Source: a virus (Duplodnaviria; Caudoviricetes). From it: a DNA stretch of 64,000 nucleotides. Shown here one piece after another: positions 35,696 to 45,115 of this stretch (position 1 is its first letter; the number at the start of each line of letters is the position of its first letter). The translations under genes were made by a program, and so were the position numbers. The notes under the pieces were generated by a model. The model worked only from the letters and a program-made list of their open reading frames with translations. It did no database searches and was not told where the DNA came from. The stretch lies in IMG/VR virus record IMGVR_UViG_3300028601_000020; one strand, written 5' to 3'.

Positions 35696-37162
35696 ATGGC
35701 GAAACTTCAAAGTGATATCACGCTTGCGGACTTTGTTAAATTGAACACAGGACAGCAAGCAACAGTTTTAAAACAACCATATGAAGTTTTTGAGAAATAC
35801 GATGGAGTAAAAATTTCTGTTGTGTATAATCCGTTCGTTGATTCAAAGGAGTTTTTTGATCATATTACTGTTTCGTATAAAGGATTTGAAATTTTCCCGT
35901 TTGAAAAAATCGGAACGGTTCCACAAGAGTCGTATGGATATATTCAGTTCAGTGAAATTTGGGACACCCTTAAATTCATTGAGTCAGAAATTAAAAATTT
36001 TGCAGGGAGTGAGCCGACAGAATTTCTTTTTGAATTCATTATGCGAAAGAACACAATTGCAACCGAATATAAGCGATACCACAAAATGATTCTGGTTGGT
36101 TCCCGTAGGATTAAACAACTTTCTAATAAACTTGGGATGGTGACGATTATCCCTAAAACGAACGAGGATTGCTTCAGATTGCATGATTCGTTTAAGCATA
36201 CTTGCGTATACCCTAACCTTATTTTTACTGGCACAACAAATCCTAGTGCTATTCTTTCACTTGCATATAATTTGGAGTCAGAACTTGGAGGTAAAGCAGA
36301 AGGAATTGTTCTGAAATCAAATTTTGGTGTATCGTATAAAGTAGTTGATCCAGAAAAACGAACAAAGCGATACAGACGCGAAAAGACAGCGAAATACTTT
36401 TTCCCTGATCCTGATCAACAGCGTTATTATGAAGAATTCGTTGAAGGAGAAGCGACTAGACTTGTTTCTTCTTATTGTCAATTTCCCGACATGGAAAAAC
36501 ATTCGTTCAAAAAAATGCTTGAAACAATGTTTTATTATGTGTATGGTCCTCCTTATTCGTACTCGGTGATTTCTGGCGGGCATCAAAAACACCAAATCAA
36601 TATCAAGGATGACGTTTACGTTAAAGTGAGGAATAAAATGATCAAAAAGTACATGGATTTTTACGGTTTCAATTACAAGATTGATTCCAAGACAGAAATC
36701 AAGACTACTCATCCGCTTCCCAAAGCATCGTTCCCGTCTTTGCTTCTGGTTCGTGGTCTTCCGGGTTCTGGCAAGTCAACTCTTGCTTATGCGATGGTAA
36801 AAGCGTCCAAGGTCAAAACGTATCATTATGAAGCAGATCAGTTTTTCATAAACGAAGAAGGAGAATATAAGTTCATTCATGATGAAATCACAGATGCCCA
36901 TAATTGGTGTTTTACGAATGCAATCAAGGCTCTCAAGAATGGACATTCGGTTATTGTGGCGAACACGTTTGTCAATTATAAAGAGATTGAAGATTATTTT
37001 CTTTTTTGCCTTGACAATGACATTAAATTTGATATCATTGAAGCTCAAGGAAATTATGGTAGTGTTCACGGTGTTCCAGATTACGCAATTGAGCGTATGA
37101 AGAGCAAATGGGAAAGTCTTGCGACAATCAAAGAGAAGATGAAAAATGAACCTTTTAAGTAA
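35696..37162 (+). CDS. Fusion of a ligase-like nucleotidyltransferase domain and a C-terminal P-loop kinase (AAA_33/PNK-like)
   Basis: EKYDG...EGIVLK...YKVV; RGLPGSGKST, EADQFF, VANTF, HGVP. Confidence 0.75.
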   Translation: MAKLQSDITLADFVKLNTGQQATVLKQPYEVFEKYDGVKISVVYNPFVDSKEFFDHITVSYKGFEIFPFEKIGTVPQESYGYIQFSEIWDTLKFIESEIKNFAGSEPTEFLFEFIMRKNTIATEYKRYHKMILVGSRRIKQLSNKLGMVTIIPKTNEDCFRLHDSFKHTCVYPNLIFTGTTNPSAILSLAYNLESELGGKAEGIVLKSNFGVSYKVVDPEKRTKRYRREKTAKYFFPDPDQQRYYEEFVEGEATRLVSSYCQFPDMEKHSFKKMLETMFYYVYGPPYSYSVISGGHQKHQINIKDDVYVKVRNKMIKKYMDFYGFNYKIDSKTEIKTTHPLPKASFPSLLLVRGLPGSGKSTLAYAMVKASKVKTYHYEADQFFINEEGEYKFIHDEITDAHNWCFTNAIKALKNGHSVIVANTFVNYKEIEDYFLFCLDNDIKFDIIEAQGNYGSVHGVPDYAIERMKSKWESLATIKEKMKNEPFK

Positions 37163-37186
37163 TAAGACGAAAGGAGAAATGAGAGT

Positions 37187-37519
37187 ATGAGCATTCAGAA
37201 TAATTTTTTGTTTCTGACACGGGAAGAGATTAAAGCTGTATTCAAGAAAATCAGGGAAGAACACGGTATCAGCAAGCCATATAAAACTTACTGTGATCCT
37301 CGGTTTTCTTTTCATCCTTCCAGTATTGGTGGAAGGAACTTGAAATATTATGTTCTTCAAGCAAAAAATGAAAAGCAGTTCAAGAAATTCAAGAAACATC
37401 TTGACAAAGTATTGAATGCTTTTAACCATTCGTCAAAAGAAATTTTTGAAGGATACGGTGATGATAAGGAATATTATTTCTCAATTCAGATTTACAACAA
37501 TACAGGAGATCAAAAATAA
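37187..37519 (+). CDS. Hypothetical protein
   Basis: ORF with AAGGAG RBS. Confidence 0.65.
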   Translation: MSIQNNFLFLTREEIKAVFKKIREEHGISKPYKTYCDPRFSFHPSSIGGRNLKYYVLQAKNEKQFKKFKKHLDKVLNAFNHSSKEIFEGYGDDKEYYFSIQIYNNTGDQK

Positions 37520-37521
37520 AC

Positions 37522-37782
37522 ATGGCAAAAGACGATAATATGTTTGATTTTGCAAAAGAAATTTTCAAGATCAATGAATACGCTTCTGTCGCAAGTGATG
37601 GTATTATTGCTGGAGACTTTGACGGATTTCTTGATTCCGGATCATATTCTCTGAATGCTCTTCTTTCTGGTTCAATTTATGGCGGGTTTCCTCTTGGAAA
37701 AGTATCTGCTTTAGTTGGCCCATCAAAAGTGGGGAAATGTGCAAGGGGAACTGAGATTATAGAAATTTATACTAGAGAATAA
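37522..37782 (+). CDS. uvsX: UvsX/RecA N-extein plus 14-aa N-intein
   Basis: DSGSYSLNALLSG...GPSKVGK followed by CARGTEIIEIYTRE and stop. Confidence 0.9.
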   Translation: MAKDDNMFDFAKEIFKINEYASVASDGIIAGDFDGFLDSGSYSLNALLSGSIYGGFPLGKVSALVGPSKVGKCARGTEIIEIYTRE

Positions 37783-37805
37783 ACAATACTTTTTCTTGAT
37801 TTAGA

Positions 37806-37856
37806 CACTCCTGTTTTTATAAATAAAAGAAACAATTTTTTATAAAAACAGGAGTG
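37806..37856 (+). promoter_or_regulatory. Late promoter TATAAATA in an 18-bp RBS-sequestering hairpin
   Basis: cactcctgtttttataaa / tttataaaaacaggagtg. Confidence 0.8.
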
Positions 37857-38849
37857 AAAATGAGAAGAGAAAAAAATTGGAGATGTATAGAATATTGGTT
37901 AAGTAAGAATTACACAGAAGCCGAAGCAAAAATATTGATTTCCCAAAAACAAAAGGAATTAAATTATTTTTGTGTTGAATATTGGATTAAAAGAGGATGC
38001 ACAGAAAAAGAAGCCCTATTAGAAATTGAAAAGAAAAAAGCTGAATTTAAAGAAAGAGTCAACGAACCTGATCACCGCAAAAAATTGTCAACTGCACAAA
38101 AAAATCTTCACAAAAAAGAATACTGGATAGAAAAATGGGGCGACGAAGGGGAAAATAAATTTATTGAATTCAAACAAGCGAATTTCAAAAATTTATCAGA
38201 AGGACAAAAACAGTTTCAACTTGAAATAAAAGAAAATCCATCTGGATTTAGAGAATATAATAGATTATGTGTTGAATATTGGACCAAAAAAGGTTATGAT
38301 GAAGAGTCTGCGAAAAATCAAATATCAAAAATACAAAAACGAGATTTGTTGTATTTTGTTGAGAAATACGGAGAATCTGATGGTTATGAAAAGTGGAAAC
38401 ACAAAATTAACACCTGGCAATCATCTATCTCTAACCAAAAAGAAGAAATTAACGAAAAACAAAGAAAAAACAGTCATTGCGGGTATTACACAGAAGAATT
38501 ATTAAAAAGAAAAAATATAGATTTTCTTAATTTTTATTTACTTGAATTTGAGGATGACAAAGGTAAATTTTATAAATTTGGTATCACAAAAAGAAACAAA
38601 ATTCATAAACGATGGAAGGCGTGTTTGGACTATAAAGTATTGTTTTTCAATAAAAAGAAAGCTAGTGAGGCACTAAAAAAAGAAAATGAAATAAAAAATT
38701 TGATAAAATGCGGAAGATTGCAGACAAGAGAAACGAGCTTAATAAAATCAAAAGAAATAATTGATGAATCAGAAAAAGACATTTTGTTTAAAATACTAAA
38801 GGAGGAATTTCGTGAAAAAGCACACAATGACTTATCAGAATTTATATGA
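37854..38849 (+). CDS. Free-standing putative homing endonuclease between the split-intein halves
   Basis: Three C(I/V)EYW repeats plus C-terminal FYLLEF...YKFGITK (GIY-YIG/T5orf172-like). Confidence 0.7.
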   Translation: MKMRREKNWRCIEYWLSKNYTEAEAKILISQKQKELNYFCVEYWIKRGCTEKEALLEIEKKKAEFKERVNEPDHRKKLSTAQKNLHKKEYWIEKWGDEGENKFIEFKQANFKNLSEGQKQFQLEIKENPSGFREYNRLCVEYWTKKGYDEESAKNQISKIQKRDLLYFVEKYGESDGYEKWKHKINTWQSSISNQKEEINEKQRKNSHCGYYTEELLKRKNIDFLNFYLLEFEDDKGKFYKFGITKRNKIHKRWKACLDYKVLFFNKKKASEALKKENEIKNLIKCGRLQTRETSLIKSKEIIDESEKDILFKILKEEFREKAHNDLSEFI

Positions 38850-40089
38850 ACAATATGGTGAAGGTGATTATGAAGTGCCGTATCCAGTAAATGATGAAAT
38901 TTTTGTTAAAACTCCTACAGGGAAATCAAAAATTTTGGCGGTGATCAAAAAACGAAGTAATGTAATTCGTGTTTGTTTTGAAGATGATGAAATTTTTGAA
39001 TGCTCAGAAAATCATGTTTTCTCTTGTGATGGTGAAACGGTTTTAGCAAAAAACGCAAAAATCGTGGACACCATTCACGGAAAGAAAAGAATTGATAAAA
39101 TTATTGACATTGGTGAGGAAGACGTATTTGATGTTAGCATTGAATCCCCACATTGGTACATTGCTAAAGAAAGCAGTGGATTGATTCATCATAATACTTT
39201 CTTTGTCTTGACAACAATGAAGGGATTTCTTACTGCGAATCCTAAGGCGATTGTTGTTTTGTTTGAATCTGAATCAGCCATAACGAAAACCTCTCTTGAA
39301 AATTTCGGTATTGACACAAAAAGAGTAATGGTTCTTCCTGTTGAAACTGTTGAACGTTTCAGACACCAATGTTTAAGCCTTCTGATTAAATACGGAGAGC
39401 AACCAGAATCAGAAAGGAGACCGATTCTTATCATTCTTGATTCCCTTGGAATGTTGTCCACTGAAAAAGAAATGGGTGATATTACAGAAGGGAAGGACAC
39501 AAAAGACATGACAAGAGCGCAGATCATTAAAGCGGCTTTTCGTGTCTTGACATTAAAACTAGGCAAACTTGGAATTCCGTTTCTTCTAACGAACCATTCT
39601 TATCAGACCATGGGAATGTTTGCTCAAACTGTTCAAGGTGGCGGGTCCGGCCCTGAGTATGCGGCGTCCACAATCGTTTTCTTGTCAAAGAAGAAAGACA
39701 AGTTAGGAAACGAAGTCGTGGGTAATATCATTCATTGTAAGCTGAATAAAGGCAGACTAACAAAAGAAAATTCCGCTGTTGATACTGCTATCAATTATCA
39801 AACCGGCCTAAATCGCTGGCACGGAATGATTGAATTTGCTCTTGAAACGGGTGTTTGGGAAAAGTCTGGAACACGGATAAAAATCCACACAGACGAATTA
39901 CTTTTTCCCAAAGCAATAATGAATAATGTTGAAAATATTTTCAGTTCTGATATACTATCTAAAATTGATTCATATTGTAACAAGAAATTCCTTTACGGGA
40001 ATGCACAAGAAAATTCACAAGAAAAGGAGAACCATGATGGAGAATCCAGTTCAGACAGTGATAACAACGATTCGGGCGAAGAAGTCTAA
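38812..40089 (+). CDS. uvsX: C-intein (128 aa, ends HHN at 39195) plus UvsX C-extein
   Basis: ECSENHVF (block B), VFDVSI (block F), IHHN/T (block G); then FESESA, LDSLG, DMTRAQ, GGGSG. Confidence 0.92.
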   Translation: MKKHTMTYQNLYEQYGEGDYEVPYPVNDEIFVKTPTGKSKILAVIKKRSNVIRVCFEDDEIFECSENHVFSCDGETVLAKNAKIVDTIHGKKRIDKIIDIGEEDVFDVSIESPHWYIAKESSGLIHHNTFFVLTTMKGFLTANPKAIVVLFESESAITKTSLENFGIDTKRVMVLPVETVERFRHQCLSLLIKYGEQPESERRPILIILDSLGMLSTEKEMGDITEGKDTKDMTRAQIIKAAFRVLTLKLGKLGIPFLLTNHSYQTMGMFAQTVQGGGSGPEYAASTIVFLSKKKDKLGNEVVGNIIHCKLNKGRLTKENSAVDTAINYQTGLNRWHGMIEFALETGVWEKSGTRIKIHTDELLFPKAIMNNVENIFSSDILSKIDSYCNKKFLYGNAQENSQEKENHDGESSSDSDNNDSGEEV

Positions 40090-40318
40090 CGACAAACTGG
40101 TTTTTGAAATTCTTGATGGTCCGTTTGAAGGAGTGGAATATTCTATTAATGAAGATTCACTTTCAGTAGAAGGCGAAGATGTTACATTTATGTATGAAAT
40201 CAGCAATCCAGACATTTATCGTGCTGCTGCAAGAAATATGCTGGAGCGTATTATCAAGTCGGATGTTATCAAGCGGATTGAAAATCATGTAAACGAAAAA
40301 CTTGGTACAAATGGGTGA
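40034..40318 (+). CDS. Hypothetical protein at the gp40 position between uvsX and 41
   Basis: AAGGAG RBS; synteny only. Confidence 0.55.
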   Translation: MMENPVQTVITTIRAKKSNDKLVFEILDGPFEGVEYSINEDSLSVEGEDVTFMYEISNPDIYRAAARNMLERIIKSDVIKRIENHVNEKLGTNG

Positions 40319-41756
40319 TATAGACACACAAGAATTGTCAAGAGTAGAAGACCTTATATTTAATGGATTGGTTAATAATGACAACTATTTTTATAAGGTC
40401 TTTCCTTTCCTCAAAGAAGAATATTTTGACGATAAAGAAAAGGTAATATTCAAAATATTCAAATTTCATCATGATAAGTTTGATAAAAAAGCAACACCAG
40501 AAATTCTTGAGGTTTATCTTGACAAATACAGAAATACCAACGAAACACTCTTTTCTGCTGCAACTGATTTTTTCTTTAAGATTAAACCAGAACGACCAAC
40601 TTTAGATTATGATTGGTTGACCGATGCAACAGAAGAATATTGTCAGGATAAAGCATTATATAATGCACTTGCAAAAGCAGTTTCAATTTATGACAGGGAA
40701 ACAGACGAACAACCAAAATCAAGCATTCCTGAAATTCTCCAAGAGGCACTAGGAGTAACATTTGATAATGACAATGGTCTTGATTATTTTGAGGACGCAC
40801 AAAAAAGATTTGAACGTCTTCATTTAAAATATGATAAAGTTCCTTTTTTGTGTGACGTATTAAATGAAATTACTGATGGCGGATTTGAACTAAAGACGGT
40901 TAACTGTTTTTTGTCCGCAACAAACGTCGGAAAGTCTGCCATGATGACATGGCTTTCAACAGAGTATTCATTACAAGGAAAGAAGGTTCTTTACTTGACA
41001 ATGGAAATGGCTGAAGAAAAGATTGCTCAACGAATGGATGCTTGTTTGTTCAATCGTACTTTATCGCAAGTCAAAAACATGGATGAAGATGAATTTCTTG
41101 GTAGTGTTCATAATTTGACAAAAAAGGGAATGGGCAAGATCATAGTGAAAGAGTTTCCAACAGCATCCGTTCATATGGGACATGTTGAAGCGTATTTGCG
41201 GGAGTTGAAATTAAAAAAGAATTTTGAACCCGATGTGGTAATGCTTGACTATTTGAATATTTGTTTATCAAAGCGCGTTTCTTTGAATAAAGGAACATAT
41301 ATGTTCGTCAAATCAATTGCGGAAGAATTTCGTGGTTTAGCAGTGAAAAACAATTTTTGTGGCATTACGGCTGTTCAGGGGGACCGTTCAACCATTGAGT
41401 CTTCTGATATTGGATTACAGAATGTTGGCGAGTCAAAGGGTATTAACGATACAGTGGATTTCATGCTTGGTCTTATGGCACCTGAAGAAATAAAAGCGCA
41501 GGGTATTATGCTCTGCAAACAACTCAAAAGTCGTTATGGTGATGTAAACAGAAAGAAGCGATTCGCTTTGATATTTGATTCTGAAAAAATGAAGTTTGAA
41601 GACAGTTCCGATTTAAAAATAGAAGGATTCAATGCTCCTAAAGGAGATAAGAACAAAGATGTCCCTTTATTTGATAAAAGCACAAACAACAGAATTATTG
41701 AAGAAAATTTAGGAGATAAGACCAACGATTTATTAAACAGTGGTATCAAGTGGTAA
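40311..41756 (+). CDS. 41: Replicative helicase gp41 (DnaB-like)
   Basis: TNVGKS Walker A, TMEMAEEKIAQRMDA, KEFPT, LDYLNIC, IAEEFRGLA, KQLKSRY. Confidence 0.95.
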   Translation: MGDIDTQELSRVEDLIFNGLVNNDNYFYKVFPFLKEEYFDDKEKVIFKIFKFHHDKFDKKATPEILEVYLDKYRNTNETLFSAATDFFFKIKPERPTLDYDWLTDATEEYCQDKALYNALAKAVSIYDRETDEQPKSSIPEILQEALGVTFDNDNGLDYFEDAQKRFERLHLKYDKVPFLCDVLNEITDGGFELKTVNCFLSATNVGKSAMMTWLSTEYSLQGKKVLYLTMEMAEEKIAQRMDACLFNRTLSQVKNMDEDEFLGSVHNLTKKGMGKIIVKEFPTASVHMGHVEAYLRELKLKKNFEPDVVMLDYLNICLSKRVSLNKGTYMFVKSIAEEFRGLAVKNNFCGITAVQGDRSTIESSDIGLQNVGESKGINDTVDFMLGLMAPEEIKAQGIMLCKQLKSRYGDVNRKKRFALIFDSEKMKFEDSSDLKIEGFNAPKGDKNKDVPLFDKSTNNRIIEENLGDKTNDLLNSGIKW

Positions 41757-42683
41757 AATGAAAGATGGTGTTTTGGTTTTACAATTATCAAAATGCCATC
41801 TTTTCATTGCTGATATTCCTCCTTCTTTACCACAAACGGGGCAAATAACAATTTCTGTTTGTTTATGTTTTTTGTGGGTTTTACGTCGTCGCTCCATTTT
41901 GATTCTTTCAATATCCTGATTTGGTTTTAATAAACAGTTATCAAAATGATTTCTAGTCATTGCCGGTTTTCCGCCCTCTTTATTACAATGAGGGCATTTT
42001 ACAATTTCATGTTTAGTGCCAAGGTGTGCTTTGCTCATATTTTGTTTTGCTGTATCTGTGTGTTTATATCCTTTTATTGCTAAAGCGTTATTCCTTTTAT
42101 GTTCTTCAGTTCTTGGTGGTTTCTTTTTCCCAGCATTCTTTTTACTAATTTTCTGTTTTGTTTCTTCTGTATGATGTTTCCCATACATTGGATGATTTTC
42201 GCCAGAACGAGAAAGACTCATCTTCTTTTTTGCTTCTTCCGTGTGTTTTCTTCCTCTATTGGCATCACCAATTTTTTGTTTAGTTTCTTCAGTATGTTCT
42301 TTGTCATAAAAACTATTTAACTCTCCTTTTTTGGTTTTGCCTATTTTGCTTAATTTCTTCTTTGTTTCTTCGGAATGAAAACTCGGTCCCATGCCGCCGC
42401 CACAACAATTATATGTATCTTTACGTGCAATAAATGCTTTATTTACAATTTCTCTTTCTTTGGCATAAGCCTCTTCGGAAGTATAATAAACAAAAAGAGT
42501 TTCACGAATAAAATTTTCTTTACCGTATTTTTTAATAGCCATATTTAATGCCATACCACTTCCTAGGTAACCTTCAAAGAGAATTGGGAAATGAAATTTT
42601 TGGTGATGCACGCCAATATAGATTTTCTGATTGACAAGATTGGTAGTTTTGTATACAATATAAATATGATTAGATTCTGACAT
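41733..42683 (-). CDS. GIY-YIG (Seg-like) homing endonuclease with NUMOD3 repeats, antisense
   Basis: IYIVYKTTNLVNQKIYIGVH...YLGSG; HTEETKQKI repeats; two CPxC..WHFDNC-type modules. Confidence 0.92.
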   Translation of the reverse strand: MSESNHIYIVYKTTNLVNQKIYIGVHHQKFHFPILFEGYLGSGMALNMAIKKYGKENFIRETLFVYYTSEEAYAKEREIVNKAFIARKDTYNCCGGGMGPSFHSEETKKKLSKIGKTKKGELNSFYDKEHTEETKQKIGDANRGRKHTEEAKKKMSLSRSGENHPMYGKHHTEETKQKISKKNAGKKKPPRTEEHKRNNALAIKGYKHTDTAKQNMSKAHLGTKHEIVKCPHCNKEGGKPAMTRNHFDNCLLKPNQDIERIKMERRRKTHKKHKQTEIVICPVCGKEGGISAMKRWHFDNCKTKTPSFILPLDTTV

Positions 42684-42765
42684 GCTATATCTCCAGTATA
42701 GAAGTTAGGATTTAGGTTTATGGGGAATTCCCGTTCCCCATAAACCGTTTCTTATATTATTTATA
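42684..42765 (-). promoter_or_regulatory. Late promoter plus structured leader of the GIY-YIG gene
   Basis: TATAAATA (42758-42765, minus strand), 13-bp hairpin 42715-42746. Confidence 0.75.
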
Positions 42766-42775
42766 CAAATCAAAC

Positions 42776-42913
42776 AATGCTCCTAAAGACGGAAAACAGG
42801 AAAGTGATACACCAATTTTTGACAGAGGAACAAATAATAGAATTCTTGAAGAGAAACCAGATTTAACAGGAGATGCAACAAAAGCACTTCTTTCAGGAGG
42901 GATAAAATGGTAA
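42776..42913 (+). pseudogene. Orphaned original C-terminus of the gp41 helicase
   Basis: NAPKDGKQESDTPIFDRGTNNRILEE...LLSGGIKW aligns with the helicase tail NAPKGDKNKDVPLFDKSTNNRIIEE...LLNSGIKW. Confidence 0.9.
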
Positions 42914-43101
42914 TTTATCAATGGTTCAACACAGTAAAAGGAACTGATATATACGGAAGAGAGGTTCCTATTAGAATTCTATGCGAACTTCCGGATGTTG
43001 ACATTCCCAGTTATATGAGAAAGAGACTTCCGCCTTCTTTTAAAACAGATTTTGATTTAATTGACGAATTTATAAAGGAAAACGACGCATGGGAAAAATG
43101 A
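42907..43101 (+). CDS. Hypothetical protein
   Basis: ATG overlaps the orphan helicase stop; GGAGG RBS. Confidence 0.65.
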   Translation: MVIYQWFNTVKGTDIYGREVPIRILCELPDVDIPSYMRKRLPPSFKTDFDLIDEFIKENDAWEK

Positions 43102-43928
43102 AAGGAGTAAACGTTTATGTGATTTCCGACATTCATCTTGAATTTTATGATGGTATCGGTGGTGATGAAGTAATGAAAAAGATTGCTGATCAAGTAAACC
43201 AATTTGAATGTAATGTTGTCGTGATTGCCGGTGATCTTTGCCCTATTAGGTGGGCAAGACAAGTTTTGAATAAATTTGCTGAAATGGTTCCTGATAGTGA
43301 TATTTTGTATGTTCCGGGGAACCATGAATTTTATGGAGAAAATTATGCAAGAATAAATAGAGACAAGCTCAATATTATTGTTCGGGAAGATTTGAATGAT
43401 CGGGTTTTTATGTTGGATCGTTCAACGTATAGTAAGAATGATGTTGTTTTTCATGGAATTACCGGATGGATAGACGAATCATGGCAACGAATTCATTTTG
43501 ATGAAGATATGGTTGAATATGATTTTTACAGAAAGCGGTATTCTGATTTTTCTCAAATTAAGAATTTTCAATTGACTCTTGAAAAAGGAAAGTCAGACTT
43601 TAAGTGGCTTTGTAACCAATTGAATAATTACAAAGAGTATAATGCTCGAATTCAAGAATATAATGTTTATCAGAATCAAATTGTGATAACTCATTTCATG
43701 CCATGTAAAGAATTCGTTCATCCAAGGTTTCTCAAAAGCAAAATAAATAATTGTTTTGCGAACGATTGGAAAGAGAAGATCAAAAATCTTGGGGTGGATT
43801 ATTGGATTTATGGTCATACGCACGATAAAAGCATTAAGACTGAAAACAGCACAAAATTTATTTGCAACCCAGTTGGTTATCCCCATGAGCCAACTTATTC
43901 ATTAACGGCTTACGTCATTAACCTCTAA
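43089..43928 (+). CDS. Calcineurin-like metallophosphoesterase
   Basis: SDIHLE, AGD, PGNHE, THFMP, YGHTH, NPVGY. Confidence 0.92.
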   Translation: MGKMKGVNVYVISDIHLEFYDGIGGDEVMKKIADQVNQFECNVVVIAGDLCPIRWARQVLNKFAEMVPDSDILYVPGNHEFYGENYARINRDKLNIIVREDLNDRVFMLDRSTYSKNDVVFHGITGWIDESWQRIHFDEDMVEYDFYRKRYSDFSQIKNFQLTLEKGKSDFKWLCNQLNNYKEYNARIQEYNVYQNQIVITHFMPCKEFVHPRFLKSKINNCFANDWKEKIKNLGVDYWIYGHTHDKSIKTENSTKFICNPVGYPHEPTYSLTAYVINL

Positions 43929-43939
43929 AAGGAAGAAAA

Positions 43940-44191
43940 ATGGAAACACCACAGGAATCAACCCTTGACATTTTTGATTATTACACTATAATGGACAGAA
44001 CGTCGGTTATTTTAAACAATTTCGGAGATGTTGCGGTTCTGGCTGAAAGCTGTCCCGAATTGTCTGCTAAAGCAGATTCGTTGGCAGAAGCGATTGCCGA
44101 TTTTTATCAAAGTGCTGCTAATCGTTTCAATGAGGAACTTGATGAAATTGATGATAGTGGAGAATATGATGAAGAGGATGAAGAGAGTTAA
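43940..44191 (+). CDS. Acidic hypothetical protein
   Basis: ORF with AAGGA RBS. Confidence 0.7.
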   Translation: METPQESTLDIFDYYTIMDRTSVILNNFGDVAVLAESCPELSAKADSLAEAIADFYQSAANRFNEELDEIDDSGEYDEEDEES

Positions 44192-44220
44192 ACTGTCTTC
44201 AATTATTACTGATTGACACA

Positions 44221-44254
44221 AAAAGCAGAAGGAAATCCTTCTGCTTTTCTTTTT
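44221..44254. terminator. Bidirectional-looking Rho-independent terminator
   Basis: aaaagcagaagg-aaat-ccttctgctttt. Confidence 0.8.
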
Positions 44255-44268
44255 AAAGGAGAAAAGGA

Positions 44269-44295
44269 ATGATTAAAACCTTTCATCGTTTTTGA
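44269..44295 (+). pseudogene. Orphaned original N-terminus (MIKTFH) of the DHH gene
   Basis: AAGGAG RBS plus ATG; tttca shared with the new start LKIGIFH at 45131. Confidence 0.65.
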
Positions 44296-45017
44296 CATTT
44301 CTCGCCGTGATGTTGTTTAAAATTTCCAGCATCAAAGAATCCGCCACAATGTTCACATTCAAATTTTGGTATATTTCTTGATGCTGGGTCAAAATTAGGA
44401 TTTTCTTTACACTTTTCACCGTGCCATTTATGATAATTTAAAGAACAGATATATTTACCACAGTATTCACATAATATATCTGGTCTTTCTGACATGATTT
44501 TTCTTTGTTGCCGTGATCGTTTTTTTCGGTTTTCTGGATTAGCCCACCGTCTTCTGTTTTGTTCACTATGTTTACTTCGTGTTTCTATGGACCTTTTGAT
44601 CCCACAATTTGCTTGTTTCAACTCCCCGGAGATGTATCTTTCATCTAATACGGATATTCTAAAAATTTTGCCACTGTCATCTTTGACAGAAACCTTTCCT
44701 TTTGCTGCTTTCCAAGCATCTCCTCTACCTCCGGTGCAGAGATTATATGTGTCTTTCCGTTTTACAAATGCTTCATTTACAAGTTCTGCTTCTTTAGCAA
44801 ATGCTTCTTTTTTGTTATAGAAAACAAAGAGGGTTTCACGAATGAAGTTTTCTTCACCATATTTCTTGATTGCTTTTTTCAAATCTTTCCCGCTTCCTAA
44901 ATAACCATCAAATAAAATAGGAAAGAAAAATTTTTGTTTATGTACACCAATATAGATTTTCTGATTGACAAGATTGGTTGTTTTGTATACAATATAAATA
45001 TGCTTAGATTCTGACAT
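44283..45017 (-). CDS. GIY-YIG (Seg-like) homing endonuclease, antisense
   Basis: MSESKHIYIVYKTTNLVNQKIYIGVH...YLGSG; C-terminal CExC..HGEKC modules. Confidence 0.92.
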   Translation of the reverse strand: MSESKHIYIVYKTTNLVNQKIYIGVHKQKFFFPILFDGYLGSGKDLKKAIKKYGEENFIRETLFVFYNKKEAFAKEAELVNEAFVKRKDTYNLCTGGRGDAWKAAKGKVSVKDDSGKIFRISVLDERYISGELKQANCGIKRSIETRSKHSEQNRRRWANPENRKKRSRQQRKIMSERPDILCEYCGKYICSLNYHKWHGEKCKENPNFDPASRNIPKFECEHCGGFFDAGNFKQHHGEKCQKR

Positions 45018-45103
45018 GCTATACCTCGAATATAGTGTGGAAGAGTTTAGGTTCACAGAAGAATTGACGGTTCTTCTGTGAACTGTTTATAATATTATTT
45101 ATA
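45018..45103 (-). promoter_or_regulatory. Late promoter plus structured leader of the GIY-YIG gene
   Basis: TATAAATA (45096-45103, minus strand), 13-bp hairpin 45051-45083. Confidence 0.75.
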
Positions 45104-45115
45104 TAAGGAGATATT

